Shown piece after piece: positions 17,561 to 26,604 of a stretch of DNA of 64,000 bases. Origin of the DNA: Nitrospirota bacterium (lineage in GTDB: Bacteria; Nitrospirota; Nitrospiria; Nitrospirales; Nitrospiraceae); contig CAVPBK010000005.1 in assembly GCA_963701855.1 (NCBI GenBank), forward strand, positions 160,001 through 224,000. Direction: 5' to 3'. A program made the translations under genes and the position numbers. The first letter of the stretch is position 1; each line of letters starts with the position of its first letter. The notes below the pieces were generated by a model that had not been told where the DNA came from, searched no databases, and saw only the letters and a list, made by a program, of their open reading frames with translations.

Positions 17561-20368
17561 TCAGGAACCATTGTTGTCAGTAGCTGGCATGAGCGCATCC
17601 GCTAGGAATCGTCCCGTGTAAGAAGCTGCCACTTTTGCCACTTGCTCCGGTCGGCCTTCTGCCACGATGTGTCCGCCTGCCGCGCCGCCTTCTGGGCCTA
17701 GGTCGATAATCCAATCGGCGCACTTGATGACGTCGAGATTGTGTTCCACCACCACTACGGTATTCCCGCTGTTCACTAACTTCTGCAGCATGGCCAGGAG
17801 TTTCTTGATGTCCTCGACGTGCAGCCCGGTGGTCGGTTCGTCCATGATGTAGAGCACGTTCTTCGCGGATGAATCTCTAAGTTCGGCTGCAATCTTTAAC
17901 CGTTGGGCCTCGCCGCCCGAGAGGGTCGTTGCGGATTGGCCGAGCCTGAGATAGCCGAGCCCGATGGTCGAGAGAAGGTGGAGCTTTTCAGTGAGCTTGG
18001 GTGAGCCGCTAAAAAACCCCAGCGCTTCTTCCGCCGTCATCTGCAACACATCATGGATCGTTTTCCCGCGATAGCGGATGGAGAGAACATCCGGTTTGAA
18101 TCGCTTTCCGTCACAGGCTTCGCAGGTGGCATATATGTCTTCGAAAAAATACATTTCCAGCTTTTCGACGCCGCTCCCTTCGCATCGGTCGCACCGGCCC
18201 CCGGTGGTATTGAAGGAGAAATGGCCTGGTGTGAGCCCGCGTCGGAGCGCATCGCGCTCAGAGGCGAAGAGCGTGCGAACTTCATCGAACGCTTTCAGGT
18301 AAGTGATCGGATTCGAGCGTGGCGTTCGGCCGATCGGTTCCTGATCGATGAGCTTAATGCCGGTGAGATGTTCAATTCCTTTAATCGCGCGAAATTTTCC
18401 CATCGGCAGCGACTCGACACGAAAGGCGCGGGCGAGGGCTCGGTAGAGTGTGTCTTCAACCAATGTGCTCTTGCCGGACCCTGAAACGCCGGTAATACAG
18501 ATCAACATGCCGAGCGGAATACGGACACACAGATCTTTGAGATTGTGTTCGCAGGCGCCGGCTATGACAAGAAATTTTCCGCTTCCTCTGCGCCGAGACC
18601 TGGGCGTTGAAATTTCATCTTCGCCGCGCAGGTAGCGGGCTGTGATCGAGCGCCGGTCTGCAATGAATTCTTGTTGTGGCGCTGCGCAGATTACTTCACC
18701 GCCTTTCTCGCCCGACAAGGGGCCCAGTTCGACAAGATAGTCGGCTGCCTGCATCATCTGGCGGTCGTGTTCGACGACAATCACCGTGTTGCCCTGGACT
18801 GCCAGCTCTCGCAGAATGCCGGCGAGCGTCGCGGTGTCACGCGGGTGGAGACCGATGGTCGGTTCGTCGAGGACATAGAGCGTGCCGACTAGGCGGGCGC
18901 CGAGTTGATTGGCCAAGGTTGCCCGTTGGGCTTCTCCGCCCGACAGCGTGCGGGTCTGGCGGGAGAGGGTGAGATAGCTGAGGCCCACGCGGAGGAGAAA
19001 GCCAAGCTTGGCCGTCAGTTGTCGGAGAATGTCGCGGGCGACCTGTTCCTCATAGGGAGAGAGGGAGAGAGATGTGATCCAAGCAGCAGCCTCTTCTATC
19101 GTAAGTGTAGACAGCTCATGAATATCTGTGCCCGCAATCTTCACGTAGCGGGCATCCGGTCGGAGTCGAGTCCCCTCACATGTTGGGCAGGGAACCGGTG
19201 TCCGGTAGCGGCTGAGCATCACGCGCACATGCAACTTGTAGCGCTTCCCTTCCAAGTATTCGAAAAATTGCCGCACGCCCTCCATCTTGCCTTCTCCCTG
19301 CCAGAGCATCTGCTGGACAGGCTGTGGCAGGCCCTTGTAGGGGGTGCTGAGGTCGATCCCACGCCGTTTCATGGAGAGCAACATTTGCTTCTGCCACCAA
19401 TCGCCGCTGGGCTTGCTCCAAGGTTCAATCGCGCCTTGGGCAAGTGACTTGCTGTGGTCGGGAATGACGAGGTCGGGATCGTAACGGAGAATATTGCCGA
19501 ATCCTTTGCATTCCGGGCAGGCGCCGAGCGGATGGTTGAAGGAAAAGAGGACCGGGCGAATCGGTTCGAACGTTCGGCCACATTGTTGGCAGCGAAAGTT
19601 TGTGCTGTAGGTTCGGAGGCTCTGGTCGATAACCTCCACGCGGCACAAACCCTCGCCCTCGTGGAATGCGGTTTCGATTGCTTCGACGAGACGAGATCGG
19701 TTGTCTTCTCGGATCACCAGCCGATCGAGAATCACATGAAGATGATCTGGCCTGGTTTTGGGAAGAGTGTGAGTCTCATGGAGATCGAGGATTTCTTCGC
19801 CGCACTGCACTCTGGTGAACCCGCGTAGCAACAGCGATTGGAGGAAAGCTTGATCTTGTTTCGGCGTTGGCGCTGCGACAGGAAAGAGGATCATTGCCCG
19901 TGCATCGCCGCAATGGTTCAGGAGATCATCGGCAACACTGCCGGGGTGAAAGCTGCGCGCAGCGACGGCGCAATCTGGGCAGACCGGGTGGCCCACTTTG
20001 GCGAACAGAAGTCTTAGAAGGTCGGCGATTTCAGTCGTGGTTCCAACTGTTGAGCGGGCGGTGCGGATGGGGTTCTTCTGCTCGATCGCAATGGCGGGGC
20101 GGACGTTAATCAGCCGGTCGACATCGGGTCGATTGACCTTATCGAGAAACATGCGTGCATAGGTGGAGAGCGATTCCACATAGCGCCATTGGCCTTCGGC
20201 GAACAGCGTGTCGAACGCGAGCGAGGATTTTCCCGATCCTGATACGCCTGTGATTGCTGTAACCTGATTGTGCGGAATGCGGAGCGAAATATTCTTCAGA
20301 TTGTTCTGCCGCGCACCTTCGACGATGAGGTTTGCAGACTGGTTCTGAGGCAGAGGGGTGGATTCCAC
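17561..20368 (-). CDS. uvrA: Excinuclease ABC subunit A
   Basis: Two ABC modules (GVSGSGKS twice, LSGGEAQR twice, DEPT) and zinc fingers. Confidence 0.97.
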   Translation of the reverse strand: MESTPLPQNQSANLIVEGARQNNLKNISLRIPHNQVTAITGVSGSGKSSLAFDTLFAEGQWRYVESLSTYARMFLDKVNRPDVDRLINVRPAIAIEQKNPIRTARSTVGTTTEIADLLRLLFAKVGHPVCPDCAVAARSFHPGSVADDLLNHCGDARAMILFPVAAPTPKQDQAFLQSLLLRGFTRVQCGEEILDLHETHTLPKTRPDHLHVILDRLVIREDNRSRLVEAIETAFHEGEGLCRVEVIDQSLRTYSTNFRCQQCGRTFEPIRPVLFSFNHPLGACPECKGFGNILRYDPDLVIPDHSKSLAQGAIEPWSKPSGDWWQKQMLLSMKRRGIDLSTPYKGLPQPVQQMLWQGEGKMEGVRQFFEYLEGKRYKLHVRVMLSRYRTPVPCPTCEGTRLRPDARYVKIAGTDIHELSTLTIEEAAAWITSLSLSPYEEQVARDILRQLTAKLGFLLRVGLSYLTLSRQTRTLSGGEAQRATLANQLGARLVGTLYVLDEPTIGLHPRDTATLAGILRELAVQGNTVIVVEHDRQMMQAADYLVELGPLSGEKGGEVICAAPQQEFIADRRSITARYLRGEDEISTPRSRRRGSGKFLVIAGACEHNLKDLCVRIPLGMLICITGVSGSGKSTLVEDTLYRALARAFRVESLPMGKFRAIKGIEHLTGIKLIDQEPIGRTPRSNPITYLKAFDEVRTLFASERDALRRGLTPGHFSFNTTGGRCDRCEGSGVEKLEMYFFEDIYATCEACDGKRFKPDVLSIRYRGKTIHDVLQMTAEEALGFFSGSPKLTEKLHLLSTIGLGYLRLGQSATTLSGGEAQRLKIAAELRDSSAKNVLYIMDEPTTGLHVEDIKKLLAMLQKLVNSGNTVVVVEHNLDVIKCADWIIDLGPEGGAAGGHIVAEGRPEQVAKVAASYTGRFLADALMPATDNNGS

Positions 20369-20383
20369 GGCGCGCGCTCCTTG

Positions 20384-20470
20384 CAGGATGCTGAAAAAGT
20401 CCGTCAGCTCGTTCTCGCTTCGCTCAGAGGTTCAATGTACCGAAGCGTACGCCTTGCCTCTTTCGCCTCG
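20384..20470. mobile_element. Partial MITE A just upstream of uvrA
   Basis: CAGGATGCTGAAAAAGTCCGTCAGCTCGTTCTCGC. Confidence 0.7.
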
Positions 20471-20674
20471 CCACGAACGGCAACGTCTGGCAGGTTCCAG
20501 ACGAGACAAATGCACGATCGTAGCGCGGACCATTCGTGAATATCTACTCCAGCGTCCGGTCATCTCGTCGGCAGGGTGAGTATTATCCGGTTTTCTCGGG
20601 ATCAGGGGATTCAGCGAAAGGCTTGGCGATACCTTTCGATGGTGAGAAGATGAGGTGTCCAACGGGAGGGGAGT

Positions 20675-21001
20675 ATGATTCTATCGACAACACCCAGCAT
20701 CGACGGAAAGAAAGCGGTCAAATATTTGGGGTTGGTCTCCGGGGATGCCATCCTTGGCGCGAACATTTTTCGGGATTTTTTCGCATCGATTCGCGATATC
20801 GTTGGCGGTCGATCGGCGGCATATGAAGCCGAGCTGCGCAAGGCCAAAGACATTGCACTTGGCGAAATGCGCGAGCAGGCTCGGCATCTGGGCGCCAATG
20901 CCATTATCGGCATCGATATCGATTATGAAACGATCGGCGCCAGCGGCAGCATGTTGATGGTTAGCGCCACCGGCACGGCTGTGGTTGTGGAGCCACAATA
21001 G
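20675..21001 (+). CDS. YbjQ/UPF0145 family protein
   Basis: [34 protein letters not shown]. Confidence 0.93.
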   Translation: MILSTTPSIDGKKAVKYLGLVSGDAILGANIFRDFFASIRDIVGGRSAAYEAELRKAKDIALGEMREQARHLGANAIIGIDIDYETIGASGSMLMVSATGTAVVVEPQ

Positions 21002-21005
21002 GATC

Positions 21006-21557
21006 ATGCAGCGCCTGCCTCCGGCAGAGTATCTCGGATTCGGCCGCCAGTTAGCCGGCCTATTAGGTTCATGTCTTGAAGGAGCGCCGGGTGACGAACT
21101 CCGGGAGCTGGATCGAGCTTACGATCCATCTGCCAACGAAGCACGTATCAGCGCCGAGGTGTTCCTCTTTCACAAATATCTGCTCATGCGAGCATGTGTC
21201 GGCGTATTCCCCGAATCGGAGGTCGACCATGTTGTCGGGGGATTGTTTGCAGCGCTCAACGAACGGGTCAGCGGGCTGGAGTTCAGTCCAGAGCGGCAGC
21301 AGCGGGCGGTGCAGTTCGACCAGCCCTTCTCGCAGGATCAAGTCGATTTTCTCGATGAGGGATCGAGGCACATCCGCTGGAAAAAGACTATTGTCCGGTT
21401 CTGTCAGAATGTGCGAGAGATCGACAACCCTCCCAACATATGGGCCGGGGCCAATGGCTCATCCCAAGCAGCAAGCCCCTCTGTCACCGCAGTCATCGAT
21501 CATATGGTGTGGGCCCTCGGCGAAATGAATCGGCTCCATTTCAGCGGAGCAGTCTGA
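21006..21557 (+). CDS. Hypothetical protein
   Basis: ORF starts 4 nt after the YbjQ-family stop. Confidence 0.65.
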   Translation: MQRLPPAEYLGFGRQLAGLLGSCLEGAPGDELRELDRAYDPSANEARISAEVFLFHKYLLMRACVGVFPESEVDHVVGGLFAALNERVSGLEFSPERQQRAVQFDQPFSQDQVDFLDEGSRHIRWKKTIVRFCQNVREIDNPPNIWAGANGSSQAASPSVTAVIDHMVWALGEMNRLHFSGAV

Positions 21558-21596
21558 GCATTGAGAAAAGCAAACTGTGCTAGCGCCAACAATGAT

Positions 21597-21935
21597 TTAA
21601 TCTAACACCTTCTTTACCAGCCCCACGCAGCCAAGATACAGCACGAGCGAACCGATCATGGAGGGCCAGAAGCCGAATCGGGGGATACCCGCTATCATGA
21701 AAACGACGTAAACAATCCAGGGCGGGACGAACCACAGCAAGTTCTTTGCGTAGCTGACGATCGCATCGTTGCCACCATTCAGATAGATGAGGATGAACGT
21801 GGCGCCGGTAATGGCGGGGAAGGTGCTGGCAAAAGCGGCGAGGAACGATTTGCCTTGAGACCCGAGGTAGGTGGAGAGACTGACAATCGTTCCACCGAGA
21901 AGGAAATACAATACATACTTGCCGAATTCACTCAT
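21597..21935 (-). CDS. Small membrane protein (DUF3147/GlpM-like)
   Basis: About four TM segments; FLLGGTIVS. Confidence 0.7.
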   Translation of the reverse strand: MSEFGKYVLYFLLGGTIVSLSTYLGSQGKSFLAAFASTFPAITGATFILIYLNGGNDAIVSYAKNLLWFVPPWIVYVVFMIAGIPRFGFWPSMIGSLVLYLGCVGLVKKVLD

Positions 21936-21969
21936 TACGCTGCTCCTTGTTGAGAAAGACCGGTTTTCT

Positions 21970-22683
21970 CTACGACAACGCGAATCTCACTGCGCTGTAC
22001 ATCACGATGACTTCGACCGCATGCGCGATGATCGTGATATAGAGATTGCGTGTGTGCAGATAGATGATTCCCCAGATGAGACCGTCCCAAAGCGCGATCC
22101 AATGGAGGTACTGGAAAGTATTCACCATGAAGGGGTCGAAAGCAAATATCAGCGCGCAGGTGATGAGCGCGAGAGGCGAGCGGCGTTGGGTCAAGCCGGA
22201 TCTCCATAGTCCCGATTCAAGTATAGCCAGTCGTCCGAGGAGAAAACCGCGAAAGTTCAGTTCCACGAAGAGTGCAATGCCACAGATGAACCAGGGAAGC
22301 ATGACCAAGAGAGGGAGTCTGCCATGCAGTGTGGTTTTGAGGAAATTGATGTCATAGCCCAAGTGTGGATAGGCCGAGAGAATCACGAATGTATTCAGAA
22401 AGCCGAGAAGCAGGCCGGTCAGGAGTCCCCAGCGGAGGCCATCCCGTACATTCTCTTTAACCAACCCAAGTCGAGATACGAACTTGTGGTTGTGCATGGC
22501 CCAAAAGCCTAAGGCGAGGTAAGCGACGATCTGTGGTGCGAATTGAGCCAGCGGCTGTTCTTGGAGCTGAGCGGGAAGGGCATAGTAGATAAGTGTTGCG
22601 ACGATGGGGAACAACCCGAGGCCTGCTCCCCATTCTTTGGCCTGAGTCGGTGTCTTGTGCAGACCAGGCTCAGGCGAGGTCAT
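21970..22683 (-). CDS. CPBP/Abi-family intramembrane protease-like protein
   Basis: VELNFRG, TRNLYITIIAH; multiple TM segments. Confidence 0.75.
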   Translation of the reverse strand: MTSPEPGLHKTPTQAKEWGAGLGLFPIVATLIYYALPAQLQEQPLAQFAPQIVAYLALGFWAMHNHKFVSRLGLVKENVRDGLRWGLLTGLLLGFLNTFVILSAYPHLGYDINFLKTTLHGRLPLLVMLPWFICGIALFVELNFRGFLLGRLAILESGLWRSGLTQRRSPLALITCALIFAFDPFMVNTFQYLHWIALWDGLIWGIIYLHTRNLYITIIAHAVEVIVMYSAVRFALS

Positions 22684-22691
22684 GGAGGCCG

Positions 22692-24299
22692 TCAGTTGAG
22701 TTGGAGATTATAGCGATCGAGGGTGGTGGCTTTGTGCCGCGCGAGGTTAGAGAGCGATTTGTTGTAGTCGACCGTGGCGCGCAACTCGTTCCCTTGGGCC
22801 GTCGCGAGATCTCGCTGGAAGTCGAGCACAAAGCGAGTCGTGCTCAGTCCCACCTTCAAGCGCTCTTGCTCCGCCTGCAACTGCTTCTCTGCCATGATTC
22901 TGGCCGATCTGGTCGTTTCGATCCGCTTGAAATCCGTCTGGACGCGGCGGACTGCTTCGCGGATTCCCACGATGATCTGCTGCCGCACGCTCACGAGCGA
23001 CGCTTCGGCGTTCTTCTCCTCCAGTTGCCGTTTGTTGTAGGTGCTCCAGGCTGAACGGTTGCCGAGTGGGTAACTTAAGACGAGGCCTGCTCCATAATTA
23101 TAGTAATCGCCGCTGAGGTTATTGTTTACCGAGTCAGTGTAGTTTCCCGCCAGTCCCGCCATTCCCATGGTCCCCTGAAACGAGAGGGTCGGGAGAATCT
23201 GATTTTTGGCAAACTTGGTGTTGAGATCGCTCGTCTCCATATTCTTCTTCGCTTGGAAAATTTCCGGCCGTTGCTCGAAGGCGACGTCGATGGCTTCCTG
23301 CAGGCTGATGGGTTCAAGGGTCACGACCGGTTGGTCGAGCGGGGTTAAGCGTAAATCTTGACGCAGGTCCTCTTCCGCAGGATTGAGCAATCGGCGCAGT
23401 TGATCTTCCTGGTCTCGAATCGCTTTATCCGCGACCAGCACCTGCTCGACCCGTGATGCAACGGCAGCTTCGGCTTGCAAGACATCGACGACCGACATGA
23501 TGCCGGCCTTCATCTTCGCCCGGTTGCTGGCCAAGAGTTCCTGTGCCGCTTTCAAGGCGGCCTCGGCCACTTTCAGGTTCTCATTGGCAAAGACGACTTC
23601 CCAATAGGTCTGTTCCACCGTGGCCAGGACGGTGAGGACGCGATCGCGAAAGACATGTTCTTCCACAGTGGCATTGTTCTGTGCGACGCGAATGAAAGTC
23701 TTGGTGATGTCAACCCCTGCGTTGCGGAGGAGAGGTTGTGTGAACGTCAGCGCAAGGCCGCCGGTCCAGGACGGATTGAACAAAAACCCTCCTCCTCCAG
23801 TACATCCAGGAGCAGTACTCGGTTTTCCAAAACACGCCTGAGCTCCGGCTACATTAGTTCGAGAGGGGCTATAGTTCAGGTCGACATTGCCGCCGGTCAG
23901 CAAATTCGTCGTCGCATCAAACGTGACGGAGTCGGTCCGTTGGTCGAAGGTTGAGTAATCATTGAGCGCGGATTTTGAAAAGCCTAATACCGGCCGGTTG
24001 AGCGGGCTGACCGTTCGATTGAATTGACCGTTGACGCTCAGAGTCGGGTCGAACCTGGCTTGTTCGACAATAATGTCTGCTAGCCGGCTCTCCTTCGTCT
24101 GGCGGCTGATGTTGATATCCAGATTATGTTGCAGCGCGCGAATGGCCGCGTCGGCGAGGGAGATGGTCTCCCGTCGTTCCGTAGGCGTCGTCGTGCCGAT
24201 CTCCAGCCCCCAACTAAGTCCAGGCAGCAAGATTAGGCCTATGCCGACGGCATAGCTGCATGTGCGTCCCCATCCATTTGCTGCGAGACCCTGCTTCAT
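22692..24299 (-). CDS. TolC-family outer membrane protein
   Basis: Signal peptide; two OEP repeats; FTQPLLRN. Confidence 0.9.
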   Translation of the reverse strand: MKQGLAANGWGRTCSYAVGIGLILLPGLSWGLEIGTTTPTERRETISLADAAIRALQHNLDINISRQTKESRLADIIVEQARFDPTLSVNGQFNRTVSPLNRPVLGFSKSALNDYSTFDQRTDSVTFDATTNLLTGGNVDLNYSPSRTNVAGAQACFGKPSTAPGCTGGGGFLFNPSWTGGLALTFTQPLLRNAGVDITKTFIRVAQNNATVEEHVFRDRVLTVLATVEQTYWEVVFANENLKVAEAALKAAQELLASNRAKMKAGIMSVVDVLQAEAAVASRVEQVLVADKAIRDQEDQLRRLLNPAEEDLRQDLRLTPLDQPVVTLEPISLQEAIDVAFEQRPEIFQAKKNMETSDLNTKFAKNQILPTLSFQGTMGMAGLAGNYTDSVNNNLSGDYYNYGAGLVLSYPLGNRSAWSTYNKRQLEEKNAEASLVSVRQQIIVGIREAVRRVQTDFKRIETTRSARIMAEKQLQAEQERLKVGLSTTRFVLDFQRDLATAQGNELRATVDYNKSLSNLARHKATTLDRYNLQLN

Positions 24300-24376
24300 A
24301 AGGCCCCCTTTGATCGACAACGAATCTTTTTCTGTACTATAATGATTCTATAGAGATCTGTCATGGATTAATTACA

Positions 24377-24823
24377 ATGAGAATTCAGGGCTATCGGGTC
24401 AAGCAAACTATCCTGTCGGTCTCGGTGTTTCCTGTGGCGCTGTCTGTGCTGGCCCTGTTCCTATTTGCACTCTCGTCGCTGAACTCGCAGGCTTGGGGCC
24501 AAACGATCTCAAGTGTTCGTTCATTCAATGGAGGGGTTACGCCACTGTTCAGTCAGCCCGGCATAGGGAATCTCTATATCGACAATCAGGGCACGCAGGG
24601 ATTTATGTACGCCCCCGGGAATAATTTCGAAACGTACAGCTTTCGGAATCCCACAACCGGTCAGTCATGGAGCGGGGCTGTGACCACGCTCGGACCGCAA
24701 CTCTCGATTGGACTGATCCAAGGTGCCAACCAGAGCGGTTCAGGGCTTGTCCTTCCCGGTCCTCCCCGCCAAACCGCGCCGTTGCCATCGATTCAGTCGA
24801 CCATTCTCGACGACATCCCCTGA
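24377..24823 (+). CDS. Hypothetical secreted protein
   Basis: Hydrophobic N-terminus ending AWG. Confidence 0.6.
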   Translation: MRIQGYRVKQTILSVSVFPVALSVLALFLFALSSLNSQAWGQTISSVRSFNGGVTPLFSQPGIGNLYIDNQGTQGFMYAPGNNFETYSFRNPTTGQSWSGAVTTLGPQLSIGLIQGANQSGSGLVLPGPPRQTAPLPSIQSTILDDIP

Positions 24824-24825
24824 CA

Positions 24826-24940
24826 CAATGCTGAAAAGACCGCCAGTATCGCTCCGCAAGAGCCGTGAAACGTAGGATTGTCGAGTGCTCTTCCTCCGAA
24901 ACGTTTTACGTTTTACGTTTCACGATTCACGTCTCACGGA
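24826..24940. repeat. Degenerate MITE A end plus 7-mer inverted array
   Basis: atgctgaaaagaccgccag; cgtgaaacgt ... acgttttacgttttacgtttcacgattcacgtctcacg. Confidence 0.7.
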
Positions 24941-26497
24941 TCAAGGAGCATTCGCCAGCTGCCAGGTGAGGGCAAGGACATACCGAGCTGCCATGTACAG
25001 AATCTCCGGATTGATCGTATCGGCGGTATCGGTGGGCTGATGAAAGTGTGAGTGGATACCGCCGCTGACGATGGTGATGGTTGGCACTCCAGCCTCTTTG
25101 AAGGGCACGTGATCGCCGCCAGGGAAAAATCCGTACAGGTCAAGTTTGTCCACCAAACCCGCTGCCCGTCCTGCTTCCTGTGCCGTGGTTTTTTCAAACC
25201 CCGTGACACCAACAGTTAACCGTCCGCTTCCCACTCCGGCATGGTCAATGTTGATCATGGCTTTCGTGGAGCTGAGGGGGACGATGGGTTTCGATGTGTA
25301 GAGGCGTGACCCGAGCAGATCATGTTCCTCCCCACTAAAGGAGACAAAGAGGATCGTCCGCTGGGGGCGCAGTTCAGTTTTTCCAAGAGCCCGTGCGACC
25401 TCCAGCACTACAGCTGTACCAGATGCGTTGTCATCAGCGCCTGGAAACCAGAGGCCCGCTGGGCGACCGAAATGATCACGATGGGCACCGATGACGATGG
25501 TATCCGGCCCTGTACCAGGGATCAGCCCCACCACGTTCGTCAGCAAGCCCTCCCGTATCGTGGATTTCCAATGGAGAGATGCATATTGGTTGGTTTGATG
25601 AGCGCGTGCTGATGGGGCTTTATTAAGTTGCTCTTGGAGGGTGCGAAGGCGGGCAGCGGTGGGCCCCTCACTGCCTCCGGCGAGGAGATTCCCCGCGAGG
25701 TCTGTGCTGATCCATGCGCCAGGGAGAGCTTGGTCAGGGGGCAGCTGCCCATAAAAGGCGCTGGGCCTTCCCGTAATACCGCGTCGAACTTCATATGGAT
25801 TGAGAATTGGCCCTGTCGCGGTCAGATAGGCCAAGGCACCTCGATCTCGAGCGAAGCGGACCTTGTCGGCATGGCTGATGGAGCCTTGGTAGTAGTCCGG
25901 TTTGCCACGCAGGAAGAGCACGATGCAGTTGTGTACGTCGACGTCTGCGTAATCGTCGATCCTTTGGGTGGGATCGACAATACCATAGCCGACGAAGACG
26001 ATTTGTCCTTGGAGGCCGGCAGACGGGGAATCAAAGACTGGAAGGTAGTCCTTGTGTAACTGTGCTGTGACGAACCGGTCCGCTGTTCCGGTGCGAATGA
26101 CCGGGTCTGGTGCGATGAGTGAAGTGGAGACCATTGAGGCCATGATGCCAGCTAGAGGGACTTCCTTTTCTTTACTGGAAAATGGAAAAGTGAGTGGGCT
26201 GTTGTCTATCAGCGGTAGCAGTACCCCCACCGAGGTTAATTCCCCTGCGACCCATTGTGCAGATCGCAGATCGTCTTCTGATCCTGCCTGTCTGCCATTG
26301 AATGCCGGACCGCTTAATGTGCGCACGTCGGCGAGCATTCGTTCGCTTGACAGGCTGTCGAGCGCTTGAAGCCATGCACGATGGTCTTCTTCCGATTGCG
26401 CAAAACTCTCGATTCCCAGGGGGAGCAGAACGAGAATGATTCCCAGGAGAGGGATCACAGTAAGGAAGGGAGAGCCTCTGCGCGTCGAGCCGTTCAT
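24941..26497 (-). CDS. M28 peptidase with PA domain
   Basis: GAHRDH, GADDNASG, GEE, DH; PA insert FVGYGI. Confidence 0.9.
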   Translation of the reverse strand: MNGSTRRGSPFLTVIPLLGIILVLLPLGIESFAQSEEDHRAWLQALDSLSSERMLADVRTLSGPAFNGRQAGSEDDLRSAQWVAGELTSVGVLLPLIDNSPLTFPFSSKEKEVPLAGIMASMVSTSLIAPDPVIRTGTADRFVTAQLHKDYLPVFDSPSAGLQGQIVFVGYGIVDPTQRIDDYADVDVHNCIVLFLRGKPDYYQGSISHADKVRFARDRGALAYLTATGPILNPYEVRRGITGRPSAFYGQLPPDQALPGAWISTDLAGNLLAGGSEGPTAARLRTLQEQLNKAPSARAHQTNQYASLHWKSTIREGLLTNVVGLIPGTGPDTIVIGAHRDHFGRPAGLWFPGADDNASGTAVVLEVARALGKTELRPQRTILFVSFSGEEHDLLGSRLYTSKPIVPLSSTKAMINIDHAGVGSGRLTVGVTGFEKTTAQEAGRAAGLVDKLDLYGFFPGGDHVPFKEAGVPTITIVSGGIHSHFHQPTDTADTINPEILYMAARYVLALTWQLANAP

Positions 26498-26604
26498 GAA
26501 GTGAGCCTTTCGAAGTAGCGCAGAACTATAGCATAGACTGGCAGGTTCGTTGCAGAGCGGCTGCGGGCCAAGGTACTATGTCGAATTATCAGGATGAAGG
26601 TTTG

